A DNA stretch of 64,000 nucleotides from Rhodothermales bacterium. GTDB lineage: Bacteria > Bacteroidota > Rhodothermia > Rhodothermales > BA12. How positions within the stretch are numbered: the stretch's first letter is position 1; each line of letters opens with the position of its first letter. Made by a program: the position numbers and the translations under genes. Under the pieces are notes generated by a model. That model was not told where the DNA came from, made no database searches, and was given only the letters and a program-made list of their open reading frames with translations. The DNA is taken from contig CAWFGU010000021.1 in NCBI GenBank assembly GCA_963815505.1, forward strand, positions 8,676 to 72,675, given 5' to 3'. Below are positions 60,901 to 64,000 of this stretch, piece by piece.

Positions 60901-61045
60901 GTCGTGGCGGAGAGCAGAAACGTGATCAGCAACTCCGGCGTCGATTTCCGTCGAATCGGCGATCCGATCGGGCCGCTCAGACTCGCCGAACCCCTTGCGT
61001 TTCCAGTGCGTTACGCTCGGCTTGACTTCTATCCCGAGCCGCGCC

Positions 61046-62499
61046 ATGCAGCCCCTCCTTGACCTCGACCTCCTCGTCGATCCGACCGACGACCTCGACG
61101 TGCCCAAACTGAGCGCGACCGAAACGTCCGGCGCGCGCAGCGTCTACATCGAGACGTACGGCTGCCAGATGAACGTCTCCGACAGCGAAGTCGTCGCGAG
61201 CGTGCTGACCGAGAGCGGCTGGGGACTCACGCGCGACGTGGACAACGCCGACGTGGTGCTCATCAACACGTGCGCCATTCAGGGAGGGAGCCGAGCAGAA
61301 AGTGCGTCGCCGCTTGGCCGACTTCCGCGCCGACAAGGTCAAGCGTGGGCGCGACTTGCAATTGGGCGTCTTGGGCTGCATGGCCGAGCGGCTGCGCGCC
61401 AAACTGCTCGACGAGGAGAAGCTGGTCGACTTGGTCGTTGGGCCGGACGCCTACCGCGATTTGCCGCGCTTGCTCGGACTCGCACGACGAGACCGGGCAG
61501 GCGGCCGTCAACGTGCAGCTGAGCAAGGAGGAGACGTATGCCGATTTGGCGCCGATCCGCTACGACACCAACGGAGTCAGCGCGTTCGTGTCGATCATGC
61601 GCGGGTGCGACAACATGTGCGCGTTCTGCGTCGTCCCGTTCACGCGCGGACGCGAGCGGAGCCGTCCGAGCGCGTCGATTCTGGACGAAGTGAAAGCGCT
61701 GGTCGACGGCGGCTACAAGGAAGTGACCGTCCTGGGGCAGAACGTCAACAGCTATCGGAGCGAGGAGAACGGTGGGCAAGTCGACTTTGCTACTCTGCTC
61801 TACCGCATCAGCCTTCTGTCGGACGATCTGCGCATCCGCTACTCGACGAGCCATCCCAAAGACTGCTCGGCCGACCTGCTCCACGTCCACGCCGAACGCG
61901 CCGGAGTGTGCAACTTCATCCACCTGCCGGTCCAGCACGGATCGACCGAGACGCTCAAGCGGATGCGCCGGACGTATAGTAGGGAGCAGTACCTGCGTCT
62001 GATCGAGCAGGCGCGCGCCATCGTGCCGGACATCGCGTTCTCGACCGACCTGATCGCGGGCTTCTGCGGCGAGACGGACGACGAGCACGCCCAAACGCTT
62101 TCGCTGATGGAGCAGGTGCGCTACGATCACGCGTTCATGTTCGCCTACAGCGAGCGGCCCGGCACCTACGCCGCGCGCAAGTTCGAGGACGACGTGCCCG
62201 AGGCAGTCAAGAAGGAGCGCCTGAGTCAGATCATCCGCCTGCAAAACCAGCATAGCCTGGAGAGCAACAGGCGCGACATCGGCACGATTCAGACTGTTCT
62301 GGCCGAAGGCACGAGCAAACGATCCGACGCTCAACTGATGGGCCGTACCGACGCCAACCGCGTCGTCGTGTTCGACCGCGACCACTACGCGCCGGGCGAT
62401 TATGTGGCCGTCCGCGTCGAAAGCGCGTCGAGTGCTACACTCAAAGGCGTTGCGCTAGGCAAGACGACCATGGCAGGGGAAGGCGTCGCCATCGCATAA
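61046..62499 (+). CDS. miaB: tRNA-i6A37 methylthiotransferase MiaB, frame broken at about 61280 and about 61480
   Basis: [23 protein letters not shown]|[18 protein letters not shown], radical [14 protein letters not shown], and a TRAM C-terminus. Three tracked ORFs in three frames join seamlessly. Confidence 0.9.
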
Positions 62500-62605
62500 C
62501 GTTAGGCGAGCGGGGATAGGCGTACTTTATCCACAGACGCCAAAGCCGACAACACGGCCATGCCGTCACCGTCGCCCTCTCTAACGCTTCTCCTCATCGC
62601 CCGCG

Positions 62606-64000
62606 ATGAACCTGATCGTCTACGCACTTCTGGCGCAGGGCGGCATCCTGATGCTGGGCATCGTGATGTGGCTGGCGCTGGTGCGGCGCGAAGTTACCGG
62701 CGCACGTGAACTGGCGCTGCTCTCGCTGGCGTGCATGGGCTGGATCGCCGCCGACATGCTTGGCGTCTTCGTGTCCGACATCGGCGTAGTGCAGATGCTG
62801 GCGTTCGCGGGCTATCCGTTCATCGCGTTCACACCGGTTGCGTGGCTCGCATTCGCGCTCACCTACACCGGGCGCAGCGAGCAGAAAGCGTCGTGGTGGT
62901 TCCGGCTACTGCTCGGGCTGGCCGTCGTCACGACTGTCGTGTCGCTCACAGGCGGGCTCCACAACCTGCTCTACCTGACGGACAACGTGCGGCAAATCGC
63001 TGAGTGGACAGGCGGGCGTCCGGCGTATGCGGTCCGGCCGACGTATGGACCGTGGTTCTGGGTACACGGAGCAGCGAGTTGGTGGGCGACGGCGGCGGGC
63101 AGCATGCTGGTCGTGAGCGAGCACATGCACGCGATGCAGGCGCAGAAGCGGATCTCGCGATGGATCGCTCTGAGCGCGCTGCTACCGCTGGCCGTCAACT
63201 TCGCCTACGTGCTGCGCCTGGTGCCGATGGTCAAGGATCTGACCCCCATCAGCTTGGGCATCACGATCTCGGTGATGTCGGTCGTCCTGTTTCGCTACCG
63301 GCTCTCCGACGTGCGACCGTTCCGCAGGTCCGCGCTGGTCGACGCGTTGCAGGAAGCCGTCTTGGTGCTCGACGACCGGGGACGCGTGACCGACTTCAAC
63401 CCGGCGATGCGCCGCATCCTCGACCTCGACGAATCGGACCTGGCGCGCCCCTTGATCGACCGCGCCTCACGCGTCGGCATGCGTCTCCCTGACGAACTGA
63501 TCGCCGTGCACGACGCCGATGCGCCGCCCGGTGCCTCCCCGCTACCGCCTACGGTCGAACTGAACACCGAAGAAGGCGTGCGATGCTTCGAGTATCGTTC
63601 GGCCCCGCTGAGCGACCCAAACCGCCGAGGCGTCACGGCCGGTCGCGTGATCTTGCTGCTCGATGTGACCGAGCGAGAACAGCAGCGCGACGCCAGAGAG
63701 CAGGCCGAGGAAGCCTTGATGCAAGCCAACGCCGAGTTGCTCTCGCGCAACGACAGTCTCGACCAGTTCGCCCACACGGTCGCGCACGATTTGAAAAGTC
63801 CGGCCAACACGCTGCGCAACTACGTCCACCTGCTCCGGGAGGATGCCGACATGCCCGACGAGATGCGGCTCGAAAGCCTGAACGCCATCGACGCCGTGAG
63901 CGCCAAACTGATGTCGATCGTCGATGAGATGCTGCTGCTCGCCGGAGCGCGCCGTCAACCCGTCGTACCGGTCCCCATAGCGATGGAGCACGTCGTCGAC
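62606..64000 (+). CDS. Sensor histidine kinase with N-terminal 7TM domain, PAS and HisKA (3' end outside window)
   Basis: Hand-translated open frame from ATG 62606 to the window edge (465 codons, no stop). Seven hydrophobic spans, PAS-like VLVLDDRGRVTDFNPAM, coiled coil, H-box LDQFAHTVAHDLKSPANTL. Not in the ORF track because it is unterminated. Confidence 0.8.
   Translation, partial: MNLIVYALLAQGGILMLGIVMWLALVRREVTGARELALLSLACMGWIAADMLGVFVSDIGVVQMLAFAGYPFIAFTPVAWLAFALTYTGRSEQKASWWFRLLLGLAVVTTVVSLTGGLHNLLYLTDNVRQIAEWTGGRPAYAVRPTYGPWFWVHGAASWWATAAGSMLVVSEHMHAMQAQKRISRWIALSALLPLAVNFAYVLRLVPMVKDLTPISLGITISVMSVVLFRYRLSDVRPFRRSALVDALQEAVLVLDDRGRVTDFNPAMRRILDLDESDLARPLIDRASRVGMRLPDELIAVHDADAPPGASPLPPTVELNTEEGVRCFEYRSAPLSDPNRRGVTAGRVILLLDVTEREQQRDAREQAEEALMQANAELLSRNDSLDQFAHTVAHDLKSPANTLRNYVHLLREDADMPDEMRLESLNAIDAVSAKLMSIVDEMLLLAGARRQPVVPVPIAMEHVVD

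Noticed and set aside
60508-61062. 184-aa + strand ORF as a genuine long C-terminal extension of the CoA-binding protein
   Set aside because: Beyond MVEHVR it is exactly antisense to the Fic-like remnant and has no family-like sequence. It is open only because of codon-phase and GC effects.

Overview
This is a high-G+C chromosomal segment (judged by eye, not computed). It most likely comes from a Bacteroidota/Rhodothermota-type bacterium. The markers are a SusC/SusD pair, a T9SS C-terminal sorting domain, the rpmB-rpmG-DUF4295 triad and a CxxxY-type CcmE. I can support about 55 protein genes, one tRNA-Pro(TGG), several intrinsic-terminator hairpins and a few short repeats. I found no rRNA, CRISPR array, transposase or integrase.

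Most of the content is housekeeping:
- ispE, rpmB/rpmG, pyrR-pyrB, korA/korB, hrcA-grpE-dnaJ, ccmBCDE, murB, leuS, miaB
- two two-component systems, plus a hybrid sensor kinase and a partial 7TM sensor kinase at the right edge

The most unusual block is 43.6-55.9 kb, where six genes all lie on the + strand. They are susC, susD, a processive-type GT2 synthase (QRYRW motif), a Gln-rich single-pass membrane protein, and two large paralogous proteins whose C-terminal halves look deacetylase-like. This is a candidate uncharacterised exopolysaccharide locus.

Other oddities:
- a MurF-like ligase with an N-terminal multi-TM domain, outside any cell-wall cluster
- two small low-G+C islets
- a Fic-family gene remnant squeezed between a CoA-binding gene that has lost its natural stop and miaB
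- a structured 187-nt spacer between korA and korB
- a ccm cluster without ccmA/F/H, translationally coupled to a DUF1499 gene

Major caveat: at least 14 apparent single-base reading-frame breaks interrupt otherwise clear genes, including essential leuS and miaB. Sequence-quality artefacts (indels, several at short homopolymer runs) are the most economical explanation, and coordinates of affected genes span the breaks.
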